Origin: the human T2T-CHM13v2.0 reference genome, Homo sapiens
Direction: 5' to 3' (one strand)
NCBI RefSeq assembly: GCF_009914755.1
Contig: NC_060932.1
Length of the DNA: 64,000 nucleotides
Shown here: piece by piece, positions 29,367 to 43,094 of the stretch
Layout: the number at the start of each line of letters is the position of its first letter
Position numbering within the stretch: the first letter of the stretch is position 1
Made by a program: the position numbers and the translations under genes
The notes under the pieces: generated by a model
What the model was told of the DNA's origin: nothing
Database searches by the model: none
The model's input: the letters and a program-made list of their open reading frames with translations, nothing else

Positions 29367-30331
29367 TATTACACTATAAATACATTAAATATTCCTTAAT
29401 AATTTAAAAACGTGGTATTCTGAGTGTGATGATGTGTTCTAGTCCCTTTTTTACTATTTATTGGCTATGAACTCTTAAGTCATTCAATAACTCTTCATCT
29501 CTTACAACGGATAATGATAAAAATGATTGTATCCATGTCACAAGGTTGTTGTGAGGCTCTGACTGGACTCTAGATGTCAACATGCTTTGTAAGCTGTAAA
29601 GTGGAATGTAATTGTTAATTCATCTTATTGTTGTCACTGTTATATCATTGTTTACACAATGGATCTCTTGCCACTGCATCATGTTTAGGGGTTGTTAAAG
29701 ATGTGGTCTCTTTACCACACCAGACACCACCTCCAGGAGGAAGCATGGGAAAGACCTCTCCAACATCTCAGTAACAGAAATAGCCACCTTTCTTCTGAGC
29801 TACTTTAAAAAATAATGTGTGGACATAAAATCTTATAACAAATAGTGTTTCTCTCTTTGCTTTAGCCTCTTGTAAACTCAGAGCAAAGTAAATGACTCCC
29901 TTGAATAGACCAAATGATATTCATGCTGGCCCTGGCATTTTCTAATTTCCTGAACCATATTTGTTTCTTTTAGCTCAGTTTCTTGTTAGACTCTGTTTTA
30001 TATTTTCATACTATCTATTTGACTGCAATAATTCCCCCAAACACTTTTTGGAACAAGAATTTCCAAAAATTTGGGGGAATTTGTTTCTACCTACTATGGG
30101 GTAGAAACAAATCAAGCAATCATTTATTTCTCTAGACTGTTATCTAATTAACTTAGGCCACCTGACAAGACACAACATAGAACTCTTGTCTTTGCAGTAA
30201 GAAGATTTTCATTGCACTAGAAGAACTGACCTCTACTACCCTTCGCTGCTTGGTGCTATATCTTTATCTCACCGTGTAGTGTAGAGTGTATGCATTGAAC
30301 TGATAATCCAGAAATAGCTCATAGGTGTGTC

Positions 30332-30341
30332 TCCCCAGGGA
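30332..30341. promoter_or_regulatory. Perfect EBF consensus site TCCCNNGGGA (TCCCCAGGGA)
   Basis: Motif match only; function untested. Confidence 0.35.
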
Positions 30342-31334
30342 ACCAAAAGTCCAAAGACTGTGAAAGGCAGCTTCTGTGACATGTCAATTCTGAAGCTATG
30401 GTGGACGTGGCTGCATGCTGCCCTTGACATGTCCTTGCTCTTGGCACAAGGGAACCACACTGGGTAAAAAGAGGGCAAGGTGCAGAGAATTGCAACAAGA
30501 CCCAGCATTTCGAGAACACTCTACTCAATCACTTCAGCCTCTCCATGTCAGCTTGTCCCCTGGCCTAAAATATTCCCTAGGTAGGTTTGAAAAATGCACT
30601 CTCTCAGGCTCCTGGGAGCATTGTGTAACTTCCCGGCATACCTCCCAAAGCAACCCAAATGGGGTTTTCACAACTTCCCAGAGCAGGGACTTTGCTGCTA
30701 GACCACAGATTAAGATGAAGAGGTTCTGTCTCAATATATCACATGATTGCACACAGTCAACTTCCACCTCTCTGGAGGTACTGAAAGGAGGGGAAAACCA
30801 GGTTGCAAAGTCAAAAAGCAGCATGGTGTGATACACAAAATAACTCAAAGTCATCAGGACTGTGCCTAAATTATTACCCTGCTCTATTCTAGCTATGTGA
30901 TCTTGATTAAGTCAGAAAACTGCAGCAAAGCCAAACTTCCTTGTCTATAACATGAAGAAAAAGTTCTTATCGAAAAGTTCTTATGGAGATTAAATAAAAT
31001 ATTACATCTGAAAGTGCCTAAGAGCACACATATTGTTAACAGAAATGGAATCTTAATTCCTTGCTTCCACTTACACAGGCCACACATGCTCTTTCTCTAT
31101 AAAAACGGAATTGTTTCAATCCTTTTCTTTCCCCAAAAGGCCTTGAGTAACCACGTGAGCCAAAGTCCAGCTAAGGGAAAAGAACGAAAGGCAGGAAGGA
31201 TGCTTAATCAGGAAACTAGGCTGCTCCCCGACAACTTAGGAAGATTTACAAATGCAACTTTCTCCCAAAAGGCCCAATAGTAAAACCCAGAGACAAAAAA
31301 GCATGGAGAGCCAAGTGATGGAGAGGTCACTTAC

Positions 31335-31520
31335 TTCCATAAGGAGAGCCGGTGGGTGAGCCATTTAGAAATCCTGGTGAACCTGGAACACCCAAGTTGG
31401 CCATGGGGACATTGCTGTAGCCATTCATACTGTTGCTGGAGGTACTGTAATTAGACTGTTGAGGCGTGGAGCTGGAAGAGTATCCCCGCGGAGAGATGCT
31501 GCTTGTGTTGCGGATGTACC
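31335..31520 (-). CDS. EBF2: EBF2 coding exon, Ser/Pro-rich domain ([25 protein letters not shown]...GSPTGSPYG)
   Basis: AAG acceptor (GTTGCCAAG|GG), donor GAA|GTAAGT, 186 nt, phase 1-1. Confidence 0.95.
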
Positions 31521-31667
31521 CTTGGCAACAAAGAAAAAGCCCAGGTAAATCAACAGGCGTGCACAGTCAGGCCACATGTGGCTAGCACAGGTCCTCATTG
31601 GCCCCAGACTGCAGAATGTCACCAGCTGCCCCGGGCAGTTGTAGGAAGTGTGCAGTCCATCTTTAGC

Positions 31668-31973
<306 letters not shown>

Positions 31974-32734
31974 CATCTTCAGCCTTTTATACCTTTCTCT
32001 CTCTTCCCCATCTATGTAAGGCCATGCCCTTGATACTCCATTCAAACCTGCACTCAGCACCTCCAGCTTACACCAAGGAGCGAATGGCTAATAGCAGTGT
32101 GGAGTTCCCTCTCCCAAATCATATTTCATATGACACTGGAGTCCAGTGAGATATGATTGGTGTCACTGAGAAAACATTCTGTGGTCAAGTTAGGCTGGGC
32201 AGATGTTATGCACTGTAGCCATTTCTTGATTCATATACAGAAGGCCTAGAGAATAAATAAACTGGTTTAACTTTGCTAGCCTAGTGTTTGCCAAATTTAA
32301 CATGCCATAGCATCTTTTGGCGGGGCCTGGAGGGGAACGGTATCTTCACCTCTCTGGGGCCACTTGTATTCTATGGAACACAGTTTTAGAAACGTCAGTT
32401 CCAAGTTGTTGCCACACCCTAGGTGCAAGTGGGGATCAATTTCATTCAAAAAGTGTGGATGAGTTCCCCTAAAATGTGCTATTCTCTGACCTAGGACTTT
32501 GGGGCATCAGCAGTGAGCATGGGGGACCCAGTCTATGCCTGGGACGGGGGAAGGAGTGAGAAACCACAGCTCAGAAACATCGTATCATATGTCCTGGAAT
32601 AAAACACTTTGGATTACTGTCTCTAAAACTATATAGGAAACAACCCAAATTTGTCACCAAATGAAAAAGAATTTGATATTTGTTCTATGGGCCTCATGTC
32701 TACAGAAACAAAAATAATAATATGTCCTGTCTAG

Positions 32735-33031
<297 letters not shown>

Positions 33032-33501
33032 CACCTACTCTTTTGTAAGAACTCTCCCTGGGCAAAAAAAAAATGAGGAATTCTCTTCCAACAAATAAAA
33101 TTAGAAAAAACTATCCCAATGTTAAGGACCTCATTAGGAACATTTACTCCTTTTAAAAATGATTCGTGACAGATTTCGACTTAGCACTTCAATAATCAAT
33201 CTCAATGCAAATGTCTTTACACGGTCTGCTTCACATGTAAAAGCACAGTTGTCTTTATATTTGTTTGTTGTTATATATATGAAATAATACAAAATAGAAG
33301 TTACCAAATAAAACCAAGCCATTCACTCTTGGCTACCAGGAAGAGAAATTTGGGTATCATAAATGATAATGGCAATAATCAGTTTCTTTCCAGTATTCAA
33401 TCTGATAATCACAATAACAGAAGCATAAATTTCTTTTAAATTAATACCTGTAAACCTATTTTCTATAAGCCCAAACCCTTCTAAATTGATAATACCCAAT
33501 C

Positions 33502-33830
33502 CTTTTTTTTTTTTTTTTGAGACAGGTTCTCGCTCTGTTGCCCAGGCTGGAGTGCACCGTCACACTGCACAGGCAGCCTCGGCTCATTTGCAGTGTGCCA
33601 GCGCACCCCACTGCTCACTGCAGCCTCGACTTCCCAGGCTCATGTGATCCTCCCACCTCAGCCTCCCAAGTAGTTGGGACTACATCTGCCCACCACACCT
33701 GGCTATTTTTTAATAGAGATGGGTTTTCACCATGTTGCCCAGGCTGGTCTCAAACTCCAGGGCTCAAGCAATCTACCTGCCTCAGCCTCCCAAACTGCAG
33801 GGATTACAGGTGTGAGCCACCAAACCTGGT
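33502..33830 (-). mobile_element. AluJ with a scrambled internal insertion
   Basis: Antisense Alu; non-consensus segment at 33557-33612. Confidence 0.9.
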
Positions 33831-34063
33831 AGTAATACTCAATCTTCCCCTTAAATATTTCCAGACATTCTACCTGGTACCTAAGAAGCTCAAACTCTAA
33901 TAAAGTACCATCTATAATCTTGAAATAACCCAATCTATGATTGTATTGCCTATCTGTGGACACACTCTGTTGGACCATTATGACCCAACCTCTGACTCTG
34001 TCCACTCCAGCAGAACTTTTTAAATTAGACATATTTGGATTTTGACTCTAAGAAAGGTGGTAC

Positions 34064-34241
34064 CTTGATTATTTCCTTGTGTTGACTCTGAGATGCTGAC
34101 CCCAAGCTGGCTGCCATAGGAGTTGATTCCCATCATGCCACTGTGCGCTGGGGAGCTAGAGAGGGCTGGAAGCTGGCTGGGATTCCTGGGGACGCTGTAG
34201 AGAGCTTCAGCAATGTCTGCGGCTCGCTTCAAAATGATGTC
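34064..34241 (-). CDS. EBF2: EBF2 coding exon, second copy of helix 2 and start of Ser/Pro-rich tail ([23 protein letters not shown]...QGNNQ)
   Basis: TAG acceptor, donor AAG|GTACCA, 178 nt; overlaps ORF 34020..34232. Confidence 0.96.
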
Positions 34242-34323
34242 CTACAAAACAACAGGTTAATGTGAGCATTCTATCCAGCATAAAGTGCAAAACTCAATAA
34301 AGGATAGGATGTCAGTATCTCAC

Positions 34324-34389
34324 CTGGTTATTGTGTGGTGTGCCATAAAGAGCTTCCACTAGATCTGCAGCTCTTTTCAACAGCATCTC
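34324..34389 (-). CDS. EBF2: EBF2 coding exon, first copy of HLH helix 2 (EMLLKRAADLVEALYGTPHNNQ)
   Basis: CAG acceptor, donor CAG|GTGAGA, 66 nt, phase 0-0. Confidence 0.96.
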
Positions 34390-35723
34390 CTGGAAAATAA
34401 GCGAGGATGGGATATTGTCAAAGGCAAAATCCAAGATGGCAAACAAAAGAAAATTATAGGCAAAAATGAGAAATCCACACATCCCTCCCAAAATGTAAGT
34501 AATTAGCCAAGAGGTCCTATATTTGGTTTGACAGGTAGAATACAATTGTACATGTACATCTCTCTGTAAATACGTATCTATCTGAAATTCACCTCTATAA
34601 AATGGCTCTATAAATGATTGTGTTACCAAAACAAAAAACAACCCAATTGAGAGTATAGTTTATTAAAATTATTAAGGTCATGGAAGTTCTATTAAATGCT
34701 ACTTTCAGCCCATTCTGTTTTAAAAATCTGGTTCTCTAATTAACCAAATATTCTTAAAATGATTGATGGATTTGAGTTTAGCTGCTTGCCAAGGAGTTGT
34801 CCAGAGTACTGAAATTATCTTGGCAACGTCTGCTGCAAAATTTTATTCTAATAAAGATGAATTCTTTCAATAATATTTCCCCCTGTACACTTTAACCACA
34901 GAGAATTAGTAATCACGAATCCCTTTCCTCTCATTTTGCCTTTTCCACCTCCTGTTTTACACAGCCTTTTAAATTGCTATTAACCTACTTTCCAGATATC
35001 ATCTAATTTAATGGTGGGGCTAGGGATTTTTCCAGGAGGAAAATAAAGGTGTGATGTAGAAGCAACTCTGGTGCATAAATTTTATTCACAGTATGCAAAA
35101 GAGAATATGGCATTTTATAATTTGTGTGTTTAAAGTGCAAATATAAATGTGAAAATTTAATAGTTTCTCATCAGCTGAATGACAACTAATAAATTGATGT
35201 ACTTTTTAAAGAAAGCTAACAACATGGGCCAAATTCATAAAGTAATTTTCATAAGGAAGTTCACTTGAAAGTGATGTATTTCATAGAAATTTTATACAGA
35301 AGCATTTTTCTCCTCATTAGATACCTACGTACATAGTAGGCCCTCAATAATTAATACTAATTGTGGATTAATGAGTCCTTGCAATTATGGTTAAATAGAA
35401 ACATTTAAATACAAAGGAGTGGAAGCTTATACTTTTAACCAATTATGCAGTTATTTATTTTCATAAAGTTGGCCATGTTTTTTAAACTGAATACTCCTGT
35501 CGTGTATCTGTTTAATCAGCTCAAATGTTCATATTTCCTCAGAGATTAATAAATAAGACCATAATATATTTCATAGCAGATATTTTATGTGCATCTCGTA
35601 TCTAAAGCTTAGCCAAATTTCAAGGCCTAATTAATTTTAATGGGATGTAAATGCCTGCATTTGTCTAAGTTTCCTGAAATTCTACACAAATGGCTTCACA
35701 TGTCAATTTCCAAAGCACATTAC

Positions 35724-35812
35724 CTTAGCTAATCTCTCAGGATCTCCAGGATGCCTAGGGATGACCTTCTGCAGTCTCTGGAAGCCATAGTCTATGGTGG
35801 GTTCATTTAATG
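35724..35812 (-). CDS. EBF2: EBF2 coding exon, HLH helix 1 and loop ([30 protein letters not shown])
   Basis: CAG acceptor, donor AAG|GTAATG, 89 nt; phase is consistent with neighbouring exons. Confidence 0.97.
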
Positions 35813-36699
35813 CTGAAAGAGAAAAGTCCTCTTTCTGAGTTGGTATCCTGGCTATAAAGCAAACCTTCTAATTAATTCTTCCACAGGTAATAAGAAGGTT
35901 CTGGATGCATAATGGATGTAATCAGTTAGGGTTTTTGCTATCGACATTGGTTAATTCACATATAAATTTGGAATTTATAGTACTTTTATAGTTTCCTATT
36001 AGAATAACATTTCAAAATTTCAGATTATCATTTCTGCTTTAAGTATACATAAACTTCTCTGCTATCAAATAAAAAAGCAACCATATCTCAATTTCTTATG
36101 AAGATAATAAACTACTTTTATATTATTTTCCTTTCTCTTATCTCTTTCTTAAGTAGGACTGCACTGTCTATTCTTCTAAATATCTATGAAATATTCTTCT
36201 AAATATTTTTCTTAACCAGTCTCTTATGTATATTTATACATATATAAACCTTCTATGAGCTTATTCTCATAAAACCCACTTTATGCATAATACGCTTCCA
36301 CAATTTTCAATTATATTTAATTACACCCACGTCTGGTAACTATCAGCCCCCCACCCCACGAATACTACAAATTTTATTTCACCACTATGTTCCCGTTAAG
36401 ACAGGGCCTGGCACATAGAAGGCACTTAGTGTCAGTAATTATAAAACGAGTGAGTGAATGAGTGAATTAATGAATGGCATACTTTAGCATTTCCACTATT
36501 CTAAAGAGTTTTCTGCATGCTGCTTTTATTCTTTCTCCTTCTTCCCTTTCATTTATTCTTTAAAAGTTTCTTGTTTAAATGTCATGGTTTTAAAATTAAT
36601 ACATGATTAAAGAAAAAGATACAAAGAATGAAATAATCACCTGCACTGCTGTTATGCAGCAATAAACACAGTAATGTCTATTTCCTCTTTAATCTTATT

Positions 36700-38400
<1,701 letters not shown>

Positions 38401-38593
38401 CACATCTGTGCAGGAAGTCTATGGCATACAGATGAAGACAATCAGCTTTAGAGTTGAGTAGATCTAGGGTCTGAATTCCAGCTCCACAATGTATGTGAAC
38501 GTGAGCTGTTTAAAATCCATTTTATAGGTTGGCTGTCAAAATCAAAACTATTTCTATAATGTCCTCAGCACGGTGCTTGGCATATAAAATATC

Positions 38594-38725
38594 TTTTTCT
38601 TTTTTCTTTTGAGACAGGGTTTCACCCTGTTGCCCAGGCTGGTCTCAAACTCCTAGGCTCAAGCAATCGTCCGCCTTGGCCTCCCAGAGTGCTGGGATTA
38701 CAGACCTGAGCCACTGCACCTGGCC
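38594..38725 (-). mobile_element. FLAM (Alu left monomer)
   Basis: Single antisense arm with T-rich tail. Confidence 0.88.
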
Positions 38726-38743
38726 TATAAAAGATCTTAACCA

Positions 38744-39056
<313 letters not shown>

Positions 39057-39424
39057 TTATTTTGTAGCCAAAACCCCTGACAGATATCATTATTTTTTTT
39101 CTATTACTTAGGCCTGTACATTCATATCATCTACTTACAGTGATCATTTTGTCTCCTTTTGATAGATGCATTAATCCCATTTAGTTCTCTTAATCCTATT
39201 CTTGTATTGGCTAAAACTTCCCAAACAATGCCCCAAAATGACAATAAAGTTGGATATTCTTGTTTTTCTCTGAATGGGAATGACATATTATACCACCAAA
39301 TATGGTGTTGGCTATTTGAGATAGATATTATTTATCATGGTTCAATAAGGGTTCAATAAGGGTTATCAGGACTTCTTGGAGTTTTAGAAAATCACAGTCA
39401 CATGAATTTTCTCTTTTGGCCAGA

Positions 39425-39942
<518 letters not shown>

Positions 39943-40329
39943 TAATATTTCAAAATTAAACATTAATTCATGGAAGTAATGTATCATTTTCTTGGTATAT
40001 ATCTAAATTCAGATATAACCATTAATACCAGATTCAACCATTAATACCAGATTAACATTTCCTTAACACAACTGGCACAAGGATTAAATCAAGTTACTAA
40101 GAACAGTGCCTGGCACTTGGTGAGCACGCAGGTATCAGTTATTGTTGTTGCTGTCAGGAATTTATGTGTCCATATTAATAACTAGGATTGTGTGCATGGC
40201 TCTGTCCAACTAATGATTTTTATTTCATATGAGCTTTGAAAACTATATTGAGAAGTTTTCTTTATTTTATCCTATGCTCTATAAATCTTACATAGCATGG
40301 ACAGTAGCTCTTGCTAAACACTTGAAAGA

Positions 40330-40870
40330 ACCCTAGTTAACATTGCTCACACTAAGGTCACCAATAGCATTTTAGCCAAGCCAACAGGAACTTTTCCATT
40401 CTTAACCCCGAGTTAACATTTGAGACCGCTCATATTCTCCACTTCTAGAAACCCTCCCACCGACTGGCTTCCTGAACTTACACTGCCCGGCTTCCTTCCT
40501 ACCTCTTTGGCCATGTCAGACTACTTTGCGGACTGTTCTTTCTCTGCCTGTCTTGTAAATGATGCTCCTCAAGATGGTTGCCAGGCAGTCCTCAGCTTTG
40601 CTGTACGTTCCCCTGGGCAACTTCATCAATTCTCCATGATTTCCACATGCAGCTACATGCTAATCGTCATAAATCTTGATCTCTAGACTAGATACCTGGC
40701 CTGAGATTCAGCTTTAAATATCCAACTGTTGGCTAGAAAATTCCACTTAGATGGTCCATAGATTCCCCCTACCCAAGATACCCAAGCTCATGAGATTTTC
40801 TGTGAATTGTACCATCATCCAAATGATTGACTGCCAATCAGAAACCTTGAATTCATTGTTTCTCAATATC
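40330..40870 (+). mobile_element. L2 relic
   Basis: L2-like motifs (aaggtcaccaat, atatccaactg...tccacttagatggtcc). Boundaries are approximate. Confidence 0.6.
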
Positions 40871-41469
40871 ATTGTATTTTTTCTAGAAAAAATCATCCAT
40901 TTCATCAAGATTGTTAATGTTTTAGCATAGAATCTATATTGTATTTGTTTAAAATTTCTAACCGATCTAGAGTTCCCCTCCCCCTCTGCCCACTGAAATG
41001 TACACAAATATATGTAGACATTTAAATTATTTAACCTATCTGGATTTTATTTCGTTGTGTAACATTAAGTACTTATCTTTGCCACAACTTACTGTATTTC
41101 ACAATTTTGTTGTAATTTTCTGATTAGTCCTATTTATAATTTTGACTTCCTTTAGCTCCAGGAAGAGTATCTTAAAATTTCTAGGTAATTGAGTACTAAA
41201 CTGTTAATTGCTTATTGTAGCCAACTGCCCTGGATTTTAAAAGGTGTCCTGCACAGTATGTGCCTTTTGGAATTTATTGCATTTTTGTGAATTAATACAT
41301 ATTAGTTTTGTCTGCATTTTATGGGCAATGCTTTAATGTCTTATTTCATCTATCTTTTTGATCACTTTAACACATCCATTTTTGCTTCTATAAATTTGTC
41401 TTCCCACATTCTCATTTCTAATAGTTTTAAATATATATACTTTTCTAGTGATTTGAGAGATATACACAC

Positions 41470-41770
41470 TTTTTGTTGTTGTTGTTGAGACAGGGACACA
41501 AAGTCTGGTTCTGCCACCCAGGCTGGAGTGCAGTGCACGATCACAGCTCACTGCAACCTCCACCTCCTGGGCTCAAGCAATCCTCCTGCCTCAGCCTCCT
41601 GACTAACTTGGGCTACAGACATGCACCACATGCCTAATTTTTGTATTTTTGGTAGAGATGGGTTTTCACCATCTTGCCCAGGCTGATCTTGAACTCCTGA
41701 GCTCAAGCAATCCGCCCGCCTTAGCCTCCCAAATTGCTGGGACTATAGGCATGAGTCACAGCTCCTGGTC
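41470..41770 (-). mobile_element. AluJ with (GTT)n tail
   Basis: Antisense Alu. Confidence 0.92.
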
Positions 41771-43004
41771 TGTACATACTATTTTAATTTACAGAAGTGT
41801 CTTTAGACTTCTCTGAAAATATTTTATTTTTCCTAATTATTTGAGGTGTTGAGTCGCTCCATATATAAGGAATTTTGCTTGCCTTCTATCTTCCCACCTC
41901 TTTCTCTCCACTTATACATTTTTGTTGGCAGTTTATCATTTCAAGCTGATTTACTATTCTTAGATTTTCTATGTTCTATATTTTTAGAAACTAATTTTCA
42001 TGTTTCCACTAAGTCTCATCACCATATTAACAAGAATTTTTTAGACACTCTATATTTAACTGCTTTCTCGGCCAACCACCAATCCTGCAATAGCACAACT
42101 TTTCCCATCTTGCATTCTTCATTGATTCAATTCTCCTGCAGTCAGGTGCTATCAATAAGAATAAGAGTTAAATTCTGTCTGGGCCACTGAAATAAGAGAG
42201 TATCTTTTTGTCTTTCTCACACATAAATGACAACTGCTCTGGATATAGAATAGTTAAGTACACTCTCCCATTCAAGATCAACTTTCTGCTTGTGCCACTG
42301 GTTCTCACTCCTCAAGTTGGAGACAGGGGAGCCTCAGGGTGGTTGTTGGTGTCTCCCCCATCACTTCCTTGCCCTGCTGCTCTTTCCTAAGGGGGAATGA
42401 GGAGGCCAGCTGGAATTCGCATGTCCACCAGTACGACCCTGTGTGCACATGCCAGCACAATGATGCAAAATTTCTGGGATACTAATGACTTTAGCCTAGC
42501 TTCAAGCATTATTACCAGATTTCCTTTATTTTTATGTTTTCCTGAAAGTATCCTCTAATATATTTTGGGGGTGGGGGCCGATTAAACACTTGCACTCACA
42601 AGGCCATCTTACCTAGAAACACATGTAAGAATAGCCGTATGTTTAAGTAGAATTATTCTGTAAACTTTTTTCTTCCACTTAGCTTTATAATGTCAGCAAT
42701 TTGGGAAGACTTTTTCTTAAATAATGTGATTTTTAGTGGTGGTAATATGCAATAGTGAAAATCACTATTACCACCATTAGGACGTACTGAAGCCTTACTA
42801 TGTTAAGGGCACTCTGCTAAGCCTTTTAGGCACATTAGCTCGTTCGATTCTGATTGTAACCCTACAATGTGGGTTTTATCCCCATTTTCAATGCAGTCCC
42901 AAGTGGTAAAGGTGGGATCTGTGTCCTGCTTCTCTAACTCCAAAGTTTGTGCTCTTAACCTTTCCTGCTGCAGAACCAGAGATGATGATCCTTCCATCCC
43001 CCTC

Positions 43005-43094
43005 TGGGCATCCTCCTCAGCTTCAAGAGCTACAGATGCAAGAGCATGATGGGCATCCTCCTCAGCTTCAAGAGCTACAGATGCAAAAGCATGA
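43005..43094 (+). repeat. 45-bp tandem duplication (two copies, one mismatch)
   Basis: tgggcatcctcctcagcttcaagagctacagatgcaa[g/a]agcatga x2. Confidence 0.97.

Noticed and set aside
40017-40053. 19-bp tandem duplication and other tiny slippage repeats (2145, 22642, 39339)
   Set aside because: Ordinary replication slippage.
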